Positions 29,759 through 39,109 of a DNA stretch of 64,000 nt are shown here, piece after piece; positions within the stretch are counted from its first letter, which is position 1; each line of letters starts with the position of its first letter. Source of the stretch: a virus. Where the stretch lies: positions 10,443 to 74,442 of the IMG/VR virus record IMGVR_UViG_3300021371_000009; one strand, written 5' to 3'. Position numbers and translations under genes: made by a program. The notes below the pieces were generated by a model. That model saw only the letters and a list, made by a program, of their open reading frames with translations. It made no database searches and was not told the origin of the DNA.

Positions 29759-30094
29759 TTAGATATCCTCTAGAATACTTGCAATAGCATTCAATGATGC
29801 TGATGCACTACTTGTCACTGCTAATTTATCACTTTCATTCAGTACAATCTTTTGTCCACTAATAAATGATAGTGTTGAGTTTGCTGGAATGTTTATGTTG
29901 TTTCCTATTACTACATATGATGACGCGGAATCATCGTATATTTCAACATCTACAGTAATAGCAGAAACAGTAACATTTGCCAGTTCTAGACCAATAATCA
30001 TACTACGCTTACCTATTGCGGAAGGTGTAGTATACATATCAGTTCTAGCAGTTCCTACTCCACTAGCAATTCTATTTTCGAAATCATTTGCCAT
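29759..30094 (-). CDS. Small virion structural / fibre adaptor protein; paralog of 27434..27769
   Basis: 111 aa; MANDFEN, MYTTPS, IIGL.LAN, IP.NSTL, KIVL...D.L.VTS....SL....SILE. Confidence 0.7.
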   Translation of the reverse strand: MANDFENRIASGVGTARTDMYTTPSAIGKRSMIIGLELANVTVSAITVDVEIYDDSASSYVVIGNNINIPANSTLSFISGQKIVLNESDKLAVTSSASASLNAIASILEDI

Positions 30095-30117
30095 TTTTTT
30101 CCTCTATTTTCTACTAT

Positions 30118-30462
30118 TTATTCAACAAATCCATGAGCATCTAAATCACTATCTGAACCAAATACTGCGATAGGATGCATATCGTATGCTTGTGGTTCTG
30201 CTTCTGAAATACGAAATCTACCAATTTCATTCGCTAATTCATTATGTGCTTCTACAAAACTTTCATTTGCATTTGGTCTAAGTGACGCATCAATACTTGT
30301 TATATCACCCAAATCTGATTGTATAACATTAGCGGCATTTACTAAGTTACTACCTAAGTCTGCGTTGATTCCATCTGGATCACCAACTGCATTACCTAAA
30401 GTATTAGTATTATTAAACCAATCTTTAAAACTAATCAGTCTTGTAAAATCAATAAGTGCCAT
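30118..30462 (-). CDS. Short fibre-anchor-like protein
   Basis: 114 aa; SFKDWFNNTN start and NLV.A.N / FVEAHNEL repeats resembling 30465..30746. Confidence 0.5.
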   Translation of the reverse strand: MALIDFTRLISFKDWFNNTNTLGNAVGDPDGINADLGSNLVNAANVIQSDLGDITSIDASLRPNANESFVEAHNELANEIGRFRISEAEPQAYDMHPIAVFGSDSDLDAHGFVE

Positions 30463-30464
30463 AG

Positions 30465-30746
30465 TTATGCAAACGCAATCAATACAGGTCTAGACAATGC
30501 ATTAGCAGATGATAAGTTGTCTAAGTCTGTCTTCAACTCATTTAGTGAACCTACTAAATTTGATTTCTGAGCAGTAGACAATGTAGTCAAATCTCCCTGT
30601 TCATTATCAAGTTCATTCACTGCGCCCACAACATCTGTAGCAGTTGTTGTCAATGATGCAGGATCACCTAAATTAGTAGAGATAATATTAGTCTTCTGTC
30701 TCCACTGTTCTAAACTGTCCGTTGTGTTTACTACTACTACTGCCAT
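30465..30746 (-). CDS. Short fibre-anchor protein
   Basis: 93 aa; TDSLEQWRQKTN N-terminal motif; LTTTATDVVGAVNEL and LSTAQKSNLVGSLNEL fibre repeats. Confidence 0.6.
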   Translation of the reverse strand: MAVVVVNTTDSLEQWRQKTNIISTNLGDPASLTTTATDVVGAVNELDNEQGDLTTLSTAQKSNLVGSLNELKTDLDNLSSANALSRPVLIAFA

Positions 30747-30747
30747 A

Positions 30748-30972
30748 TTACTTCTCCAATACTTGAATGAGCATACGTTTTATATCTCGCATTTCATCTT
30801 TAAGAGTATTTATCTCATCACACATATTCTGCACTTTCATCTTTTCAGACTTTTTAGCGAGTTGAACTGTCATGTATTTCTGATATTCAACAGAATTAGT
30901 GTTAATAACACCTTTGCTATTTTTCTCTCTAACTAGGTCAGGATGACCTTCTATTTGTATAAAGTTTTTCAT
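30748..30972 (-). CDS. Hypothetical protein
   Basis: 74 aa; IEGHPDLVR...S.G.IN, C-terminal coiled coil EI..LK.EM.DIK.ML; follows the large structural gene. Confidence 0.7.
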   Translation of the reverse strand: MKNFIQIEGHPDLVREKNSKGVINTNSVEYQKYMTVQLAKKSEKMKVQNMCDEINTLKDEMRDIKRMLIQVLEK

Positions 30973-30973
30973 A

Positions 30974-33900
30974 TTACAGTGCCAATGCTATAACTCTAAG
31001 GTTCTTAATTTTAGGTACAAACGATGTATTTGTTGACTTCATAACAATCTTAATTGCAACAGCAGAAAACTCTGCTAATCCTTCTACTAGATGTGTTCTC
31101 TCTCGGAAAACTGTAGGATCACCATCTGCGCTATCTGATATTTCAGTATCAACTTTTGCCCAAGGAATAGTTTCAAACTTTTGTTCAGTACCATCAGTAA
31201 TTCTCTTATAGTATACATCAACAGTACAAGAAGCAGGTCTATTCATTTCATACAATATCTTAATTGCTGTAGAAGGATTTTGAAGAGTAAATCTTCTAGT
31301 CACATAGTTTGCTAGATTACTTGCTCCCGCTGGAGCAATATCATGTAAATACTTTTCATGCTGTACAATAGTGACTGCATTAGATGCCGCTTCATCAGTA
31401 GCAGGTACTGGTGTTGTTGTGATAGTTGCAGTTGTACCATCATTCTTATAATTACTAATCAAGTACTTTTGATTGTTGCCAGAGTTTGCGGCACCCGATA
31501 TTGTAATATACTTACCAATATCTAAAGTATCAAACAAATCTCTTGTTGCACTATTTGTTGTAGTAATATTACCATTTGTATTTGAGAATGCAACATTAGT
31601 ATCTGCACTTACTGCAGTTCTATCATCATGTGTGCTTAGATTAACATCTGTTTCAACTCTATTATCAATTCTGTTTTGAATACAGCATAGAGATATACGC
31701 TGGGAATCAATCATTGGTGATACAAAATCATTCAGTGTATTGAATGTTGCTCTAATTCTAGCAGAGTAACCAACAGTTCCACTTTCATTTTCTTTGGATT
31801 CAATAATCATAGGTTCATCATATATTTGATTTTGATTTTCTTGTACTGGTTTAAATCCAGTGAAAATGTTTCCTGCTTTTTTCTGAACATTCATATCATA
31901 TGTCAAAGATGATTGTGCAAAACGAATGTTTGTCAGAGTAGGTTGAATAATATCAGCAATAAAGTTTCTAGTTGCTTGAACATTACCTCCCCCCACAGTA
32001 TCACTAGATAATCCAGCAATACCATTTACAACATTTCCTGCAGTAACTTCGATAACATAAGTGTCATTTGTTACAGGTCCCACAACAGTATGTTGCTTAT
32101 TAAACTCTGTATGAGGTATACCGTTTGTGGTAGAGTTTGCGCCATAGAATCCAGGAGCAACATTAGCAATTGTCACTTTATCTCCAACTGAGAGACCATG
32201 ATTTCTTTGCGTTACGCGAACTTTATTAGTGTTCGGTGCTGTTTCAAATGGGTTGTTATTCAGAACAGTAAATCCATTTCTTACGTTCTTAAAGTCCATT
32301 ACTGCAACATTACCCGTAAACAATGCACGATACATTGTCATTTTGATATCTCTAGTCTGATGAGGTGTCCATGTATTACCATTCTGAGACAAGAACATAG
32401 TACCAGTCAATGGGTTTCTAGAAATTGTTCTGTTGTCTCCGAGATTACTCTCGCCAATATCAGAGAAGAATACTTTACATCCAGGTTGGTCAACTTTAAT
32501 CAAGATTGCATATGTTACATCGCCCGCTAAGAAGATTGGACTATCAAACACAACAGTTGTTGGAACAGTTGCATCAGTAGATACTTTCACATCTGCAACG
32601 TCAATTACTTTTTGTTGAATAATTTTTTCTGATGGGAACCCGTCTTTTGTGTTAACCATCTGAATAATGATAGGTCTTGTACCTGCTTCATTGAAATACA
32701 AGTCAACTTTAGTAATCATAACACCATCTTTTGCTTCGTTAATCACAAAAGTTTGTGCTAGTGGATCGTGCTGACCGCAACCGCCGCCTGCACCAGAACC
32801 ACCGCCGTCACCGCCGTCACCACCATCTGCAGATGGAGGCGGTTGAACTCTAGAAGTTCTTTGAAAGCGAGTTGAACCAGTAATGTTTCTTGAAATTTCG
32901 CGCTCTTCTTGTAATCGGTCACGAACAAATTCTGCTTGTCTAAGAGACAAGATAGTTTCTTCTCTTGTTTCGTTTATACCTGTTGCATGAAATATCTTTT
33001 CTGCTTTTGTAGTGTGAATACCAATTTCAATATTATTTGTATTATTATCAATAAATCTTAATGTTCTGTCACCAGTTCTAAATTTCACGGTATCAGTATT
33101 TGGAACTACAAATACACCAGTATAAGTACCTTCATTATCAGTGATATTATCATCACCAAACTGTTTTAAGTTTTTGTATATGTCTGTAGATGTACCATCT
33201 GATACACTATTAATTGCTGTGATTTCACACAAATTCTTTGCGCCTAAAGCATTGTCGATTGTACCTGTAAGGTCATCTCCGATTGCAAAACCATTCTTGA
33301 TATTTGAAACATGAAATGTATGAGGAAGTGTATCTGCTGTTTCTGTGTTTAGATGTCCAGCATAACTAACAACACCAGATGCTTGAAGTCTCGTTACAGT
33401 TCCTCCAGAAGTGTATGCAGTTACAGTGCCGATTGGTGTACCGGTTGCATCAAAATTTACAATAGTAAATGTACTTGTGCCTGTATCTACACTTTCAACT
33501 CTATATTTGCCTTCATTTAGTTCTGTTGAACCTACAATATTTGCAAATTCAACTACATGACCAACTGAAATACCTGATACACTAGATGCTGTAATAGTTA
33601 CAGTATTACCAACTTTCGCTACATTTGATATTGAAGTTGCTGTGTGAACAGAGTTTCTTACAACATCTCCAAGAGCAAATGCAAGTGCAGGATATGCGAT
33701 ATCGGAATCTGGGTCTGCGAAAGTACCAAAGTAACGAGCATTGTCTGTGTCGAATTCAACTCCAGGGTCTTGTAGTGGATCAAACTGAAAGTCTGTTCTG
33801 TTTGGAGCAGTCACAGTAAATTTATCGTCAGGTTTAACATATGCGTTCACACTAACATTATCAAAGAATGCATTTACTTTAGTTCTAGGTTTCATGTTAT

Positions 33901-36900
33901 CAATCTGAACATGAATTGGTATTTCACGCATATACGGAATCATAGACATATCTACAATTCTATCACCCATTGGTTTATCAACTGTTGAATTTAAAAGTTT
34001 AGTTTCTACACCTTCACGGACTTGTCCTACTTGTTGAGTACCTACTTGCTGTAGAATGTTACCATTCCATCCTCCTGATACCCCACTACCAATATTTCGT
34101 TCGCCAGTGAAGATTTGTTCACCAAACCAGTTGTCTTGCCATGATTCCCAAACTGTACCTTCAACGCCAATCTCATCTGCTAAGAATTGAATTGCATCAA
34201 AGTTGTTGTCATCAACAACCACAAGGTCAGGTCTGCGAGTTGTATCTTTCCAATCATCAGAAGCAGGTGTAAGTATCATCTCTCCAGTATATGGAGAAAC
34301 TTTATACGCATTGACTTCCATGCTGTCTGAAGCATATGGGTTTTCAATAAATGGTATTTCACTATAATCTAAAGTAATAACACCATCTTTATGTTTTCTA
34401 TAGTTTGCGGCAGTTCTTTGTGCATCTGTAGAGTTCTCTTCGACCATCTTCACAATTTCAGTATGTGCCATTGGTCGCGCTTGCTTTCTTTTCATATCAA
34501 TAGCAACACGATAATCAGGAGAACCTACATTACCGATTCCGTGACCTTTGAAATTATCTACAATGAAACCATTCTTCAGTCTTGGATTACCGTCAGCATC
34601 TAATATTAGCAAATCGGTTGTTGCTTTCTCAAGCAAGTTGAGTGAACTGACTTCTTCAAGATTAGAAATTCTAGTTTCAAGTCTGCCAATATCTTTCATA
34701 GTGTAGCGTTTATTTTTAATCTTTCTCGCAACAACTTCTGAAATATTGATAACATAAGGTTTGTACGTCACTTCAAAAAGTGTCATCGCCTTACCAAGGT
34801 CAAGAGGTGGTCTAGGAGTAATATCAGGAACTCCAGGTATTCTAATAAACTTACCATCAAAGTTCATTGCAATCTTATCGATACGTCCTAAGAAGTATGA
34901 AAAGTCTGCATTGAAGTTTGTACCAATCATAGGAATTTCAGTGACAGAACCACCACTACCTGTGAATGATCCTCCACTATCTTGAATTCTTGGTCTAAAG
35001 TCTAAACAGTCACGCAAGTCATATGTATTACCATCTCCATCAGGTGATGAATATATCGGAATATCTTCGTAATCTACAACACCGTCATAACTGTCTACTG
35101 AGAAGTAGTCTCCACCAGAGTGAGTAAAGTAATCAAATGTTACTAGTAGACGCCCTGTAGGCGCAGGACGACCCGGTTTAAGTATAATTCGTGCTAAGTC
35201 ATAAAACGCATCTCTTTGACCGTTATCAAATGTAAATCTATCAGTGATATCTTGGTCAGATGAAGTAGCATTAGTGCTAAAGTCCGCCGCCATTTTGACA
35301 GACTTGAGAGCATACCCATCTGCTTTACCAAGAGTAATCTCTGTATTTTGCGCGGCACCTTGAGTTGTAATCTGAACTGTGGAATTTGGTTGTAGTGCTT
35401 TAGTTTTTTCAGCGCCAGCGGCACCTGAAATTTCAACAGAAGCAATAATTTCAACTGAGTTACCGTTTGTTGGATTTGCACCAGATGGTAGAGTTTTTGA
35501 TAATAGATTACTAATTGTTAATGTTCTACCACCATTACTAAGTGCTAAGTCTCCAGATGCGATAGGTAAGATTGCACCAACATCTTGTGATGCTAGTGTA
35601 GTACCAGTTCCAGTAGCAGTAACAATTGCAATAAAGTTTTGTAAGTTTGATACAGATGCAAAGGATTCATTATCCGGTACAGTAAACTGTGCGGCACCTG
35701 CGGCAATGTTATATGCAACATCAAAGTGTCTTCGTACAGTGTAAGTAGATGATAATACGTTGTCTGGATTCTGTGCATCCGAACCACGAATTTTTCTCAT
35801 TCTAAAGTATCCAGTTGGAAACACTAGAATTTTTTGGTCTGGTCTTAAAAGTTCTGCAGAAAAACGCTTGAGAATACCACCACTAACAACATTACCTGCG
35901 GCGGTTGTTGTGTTAGCAGTTAGTTCTAATGCTAAGTTATTAGTAACAGTATCTACTTCTCCAATTCTAACATCACCTGTTGTGGTTGTCAAGAATAATA
36001 CATCACCAGCGCGAACTTGAGAGTTGAATGCAGTACCAACACCAGTTACAGTAGCATCTGCATCTGCAGTTGAAGCAGTACCAGATAGTGTTACTAGTTT
36101 AGGTTCAATCTGGCATGAGAATGTTGCACTCGCCGGTGTTGAACTATCACCGAATGCTCTAGCATCTCTAGCAAAATCTTTACCATCATTCATTTGAATG
36201 TCAAAAATACTGAGTTTATATGTTACTTCATCAATGGCGCCAGTGAAGTCTCCATCATGTAACTGAATACCTCTTAGGTTTGCGTTACCAATTACTGCAG
36301 GTGAACCATCTATAAAATCATCATAGATGAATACTTCCGCGAAATCATTAATATCAGCGGCACCAGTTAGTGTGTTTACTAGAACAAAGTTACCAACATC
36401 AGTCTGAATTGGTGTATCTACAACAGAGTTGAATGTTCTTGGTTTAGGAACATTAACAAACTTTGTAATTTTACTTTCGACTTCGTAACCTTGAACATAT
36501 GCTTTACCAGGTTCAATACCAAGAGCAAGTTTTGCTCTATCACCTGGTGTGTCTGCGTTTGCATCCCACACACCTCTGTTGGTGCCGTCATTAAAGTGTT
36601 CACGAATATCAAGTCTAAAAGGTTTAACTTCATAGTCACCACTTTCATCATATGTTCTTCTTGCAAATTCTTCTTGTAAGAAGTTATAGTTTGCTTTTTC
36701 AACAAGTTTAGAAATCTGTCCTTGCTCACATCTTGCGAGTTCAATAAAGTTTACATCATCTGTCGCTGTAAGTGATTTTTTTGTTAGTGTAAGATTAATT
36801 TTGTATCTATGTGCGCCAGGAGCGGCAAAGTTAGATGCTCCTTGTGCATTATCTTTAAGTGTAGCATCTTCTTCAGGTGTTACTGTAGTTTGTGATACTT

Positions 36901-37663
36901 GAAATCCTACACGAAAAGATGGATAGTTATGATATGGTTCAAGCAGAATTCTTTGCGCTTCGTTTGCAACAAAGAATCCATTGATGAAATAAACACCTGC
37001 TTGAATTTGAATTGCAGAACCTCTACCAACAGTATCACTATTACCCGCGGCAGTCATTACCGCAGGGTCAAAGAAGTCGATATCAGGTGTGCCTTCAGGT
37101 TGTGTAGACATAACAGTACCAGTTGTTAATAGTGATGCTGTTAGTTCTGTAGTTTGGTCAGCAGTCATATCTGGATTTTTTGCAACAGTATTATCTGCAT
37201 TCAAAGATGTAACATTTTCACCAATAGCGTATCTTTTGGTTGCACCATCAGTACCACTATCTTCATATTTAATATACAGGGTTAAAGGTGTAGTAGAGGT
37301 GGCCGCTAAAGTTCCAATAACTTTCGCTTTAACGCCTGTCTCTGAACCCGTAATAATCTTGTTTAAAAAATCTGTTCTATAACTTTCTACGTTCTGAGCA
37401 TTAAATGTTGATTGTATCTTAATGAAATCATATTCAAAGTCGAAAGCGATGTCGCCAGGAATAACCATCGAACCTTCTTTAAAGACATGTCGTCCATGTC
37501 TCTCAATCTGATTTTGTAAAATCGATTGTAGTTGGGTTAACTCTCTCGCCTGAACTGGAAATCCAGGACGAAAGAGTACACGATGAAAATTCTTCGCTTT
37601 AGCACCACCCGCGCCTTCAAAATCATCATAATAAGGGTCTACATTAAAATCTATAACTGCCAT
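30974..37663 (-). CDS. Very large virion structural protein (VrlC/DUF4815-like)
   Basis: 2229 aa; FNV.PYYDDF, VLFRPG.PVQARELTQLQSILQNQIE, APGAHR, RYTMKDIG.LE.RI..LE, DPLAQTF, G.MFLSQN..TW, P.IK.LR.IAL. Confidence 0.88.
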   Translation of the reverse strand: MAVIDFNVDPYYDDFEGAGGAKAKNFHRVLFRPGFPVQARELTQLQSILQNQIERHGRHVFKEGSMVIPGDIAFDFEYDFIKIQSTFNAQNVESYRTDFLNKIITGSETGVKAKVIGTLAATSTTPLTLYIKYEDSGTDGATKRYAIGENVTSLNADNTVAKNPDMTADQTTELTASLLTTGTVMSTQPEGTPDIDFFDPAVMTAAGNSDTVGRGSAIQIQAGVYFINGFFVANEAQRILLEPYHNYPSFRVGFQVSQTTVTPEEDATLKDNAQGASNFAAPGAHRYKINLTLTKKSLTATDDVNFIELARCEQGQISKLVEKANYNFLQEEFARRTYDESGDYEVKPFRLDIREHFNDGTNRGVWDANADTPGDRAKLALGIEPGKAYVQGYEVESKITKFVNVPKPRTFNSVVDTPIQTDVGNFVLVNTLTGAADINDFAEVFIYDDFIDGSPAVIGNANLRGIQLHDGDFTGAIDEVTYKLSIFDIQMNDGKDFARDARAFGDSSTPASATFSCQIEPKLVTLSGTASTADADATVTGVGTAFNSQVRAGDVLFLTTTTGDVRIGEVDTVTNNLALELTANTTTAAGNVVSGGILKRFSAELLRPDQKILVFPTGYFRMRKIRGSDAQNPDNVLSSTYTVRRHFDVAYNIAAGAAQFTVPDNESFASVSNLQNFIAIVTATGTGTTLASQDVGAILPIASGDLALSNGGRTLTISNLLSKTLPSGANPTNGNSVEIIASVEISGAAGAEKTKALQPNSTVQITTQGAAQNTEITLGKADGYALKSVKMAADFSTNATSSDQDITDRFTFDNGQRDAFYDLARIILKPGRPAPTGRLLVTFDYFTHSGGDYFSVDSYDGVVDYEDIPIYSSPDGDGNTYDLRDCLDFRPRIQDSGGSFTGSGGSVTEIPMIGTNFNADFSYFLGRIDKIAMNFDGKFIRIPGVPDITPRPPLDLGKAMTLFEVTYKPYVINISEVVARKIKNKRYTMKDIGRLETRISNLEEVSSLNLLEKATTDLLILDADGNPRLKNGFIVDNFKGHGIGNVGSPDYRVAIDMKRKQARPMAHTEIVKMVEENSTDAQRTAANYRKHKDGVITLDYSEIPFIENPYASDSMEVNAYKVSPYTGEMILTPASDDWKDTTRRPDLVVVDDNNFDAIQFLADEIGVEGTVWESWQDNWFGEQIFTGERNIGSGVSGGWNGNILQQVGTQQVGQVREGVETKLLNSTVDKPMGDRIVDMSMIPYMREIPIHVQIDNMKPRTKVNAFFDNVSVNAYVKPDDKFTVTAPNRTDFQFDPLQDPGVEFDTDNARYFGTFADPDSDIAYPALAFALGDVVRNSVHTATSISNVAKVGNTVTITASSVSGISVGHVVEFANIVGSTELNEGKYRVESVDTGTSTFTIVNFDATGTPIGTVTAYTSGGTVTRLQASGVVSYAGHLNTETADTLPHTFHVSNIKNGFAIGDDLTGTIDNALGAKNLCEITAINSVSDGTSTDIYKNLKQFGDDNITDNEGTYTGVFVVPNTDTVKFRTGDRTLRFIDNNTNNIEIGIHTTKAEKIFHATGINETREETILSLRQAEFVRDRLQEEREISRNITGSTRFQRTSRVQPPPSADGGDGGDGGGSGAGGGCGQHDPLAQTFVINEAKDGVMITKVDLYFNEAGTRPIIIQMVNTKDGFPSEKIIQQKVIDVADVKVSTDATVPTTVVFDSPIFLAGDVTYAILIKVDQPGCKVFFSDIGESNLGDNRTISRNPLTGTMFLSQNGNTWTPHQTRDIKMTMYRALFTGNVAVMDFKNVRNGFTVLNNNPFETAPNTNKVRVTQRNHGLSVGDKVTIANVAPGFYGANSTTNGIPHTEFNKQHTVVGPVTNDTYVIEVTAGNVVNGIAGLSSDTVGGGNVQATRNFIADIIQPTLTNIRFAQSSLTYDMNVQKKAGNIFTGFKPVQENQNQIYDEPMIIESKENESGTVGYSARIRATFNTLNDFVSPMIDSQRISLCCIQNRIDNRVETDVNLSTHDDRTAVSADTNVAFSNTNGNITTTNSATRDLFDTLDIGKYITISGAANSGNNQKYLISNYKNDGTTATITTTPVPATDEAASNAVTIVQHEKYLHDIAPAGASNLANYVTRRFTLQNPSTAIKILYEMNRPASCTVDVYYKRITDGTEQKFETIPWAKVDTEISDSADGDPTVFRERTHLVEGLAEFSAVAIKIVMKSTNTSFVPKIKNLRVIALAL

Positions 37664-37699
37664 TTATTGCTCCGGTATCTTTCTATTCTACTATTTAGA

Positions 37700-39058
37700 C
37701 TAGAATTCAATGACTAGTTTGATATCTTCAATCTGGTCAGATGCACGATTAATCGGGCGTCTATGTTCTAGATACATGATATCACCACTGTCAGGTTCTA
37801 CTTCAGGATTGTTTAGTGCATTGATAGTACCTGCGGCAGAAGAAGTTCCACCTGTTACTGTCTCAGCACCAGTGAATGAAGTAAATCCAGTATTCACATC
37901 TTGATAGTAGCGTAGAATTCTGTTACTAGAATCCCAATCAATTACTCTCGCAGATGCAGATGAAGAACCACCTGTGATTGTTTCATCAACTACAAATGTT
38001 CCAGTAAGACCCGCACTCTCAAAAGTGATAGACTTAGTTGCTGTTCTTGTAGTATCTGTAGCAACAGTAGTAGTACCATAGTTAAATGGATCACGAACAA
38101 GACCAATTCTACGATAGTCATTAGAAACTGGGAAGTCACCAGAACCATCATTGTACTCAAGTCTTACATTGTTCATTACATAGAATCCACCAAGTTCATG
38201 AATAGCATTCGATGAATGTCCACCTTCTGGTGAAATGATTGCTTTCAATGCTCCAGCAGAACCTCCACCACCGGACACAGTGATAGTTGCTTGAGTATAA
38301 CCAGAACCTGCGTTGGTAATATTTACTGCATTAATAGAACCAGCAGAAACGGTTACTGTTGCAGTTGCGCCTGTACCATCACCAGTAATAGTGACTGTAG
38401 GTGCTGACGTATAACCAGAACCTGCGGCAGTGATATTAATTTTCTTAATTTCACCATCTGTTGCCGCTTGCTGTGTATCATACTGTTCTTTGTATGGTTG
38501 TCCGGCGCCTGGATCAGAAGCAATGAATTTCACTGGCATGAAGTCCGTTGACAAGAACTTCAGAGCATCAGCGGCAGAAATTGTGTACATGTATTTCCAT
38601 ACATAACTATCTGCAGTTGTGATATAACCAGTGTCAGTACCAGTTGGTTTTGTAGTTGATGCGCCACCATTGTTATTATTAATAACTTTGTAGACGTTGT
38701 AATCATCTGTCAGAACATAGTATGTTGCGGCAGAAAGTGATGTTGCACCACTGGCGGCAGCATTTGTTGATGAATAGTCATGCGCGTACTCATCGTATAC
38801 TGTACCAGAAGTCCAGTCTCTTCTTACTACTGCGTGAACAACGTCTGATGCAGTCACACGCTTCATGGCGACCATATCGTCATAAGCATTAAATGCTGTA
38901 TCGTTGTTATCAACAGGAGTAGGAGGAGATGTATCATCGGACCACGCTTGTGGACGACCGATGAACAAATAAATGTTTGTTCCTGATGCTTCACTGAATG
39001 CTTCGATATATTGCTCTGCATTGTGAATACGGAACTTATTAGTAATGATTGCGGCCAT
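37700..39058 (-). CDS. gp8: Baseplate wedge subunit
   Basis: MAAIIT.KFRI.NA, Y.FIGRP..W, W.SGT.YD.Y, VYK.I.N, D.Y.WKYMYTI, SGD..Y.E.R..I.R..DQ.EDIKL..EF. Confidence 0.92.
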   Translation of the reverse strand: MAAIITNKFRIHNAEQYIEAFSEASGTNIYLFIGRPQAWSDDTSPPTPVDNNDTAFNAYDDMVAMKRVTASDVVHAVVRRDWTSGTVYDEYAHDYSSTNAAASGATSLSAATYYVLTDDYNVYKVINNNNGGASTTKPTGTDTGYITTADSYVWKYMYTISAADALKFLSTDFMPVKFIASDPGAGQPYKEQYDTQQAATDGEIKKINITAAGSGYTSAPTVTITGDGTGATATVTVSAGSINAVNITNAGSGYTQATITVSGGGGSAGALKAIISPEGGHSSNAIHELGGFYVMNNVRLEYNDGSGDFPVSNDYRRIGLVRDPFNYGTTTVATDTTRTATKSITFESAGLTGTFVVDETITGGSSSASARVIDWDSSNRILRYYQDVNTGFTSFTGAETVTGGTSSAAGTINALNNPEVEPDSGDIMYLEHRRPINRASDQIEDIKLVIEF

Positions 39059-39094
39059 TTTTTCCTCTCTTTAAACTAATTAAGTGTGTTACAT

Positions 39095-39102
39095 TATTTA
39101 TA
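39095..39102 (-). promoter_or_regulatory. Late promoter for gp8
   Basis: TATAAATA on minus strand. Confidence 0.75.
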
Positions 39103-39109
39103 AGACTTT

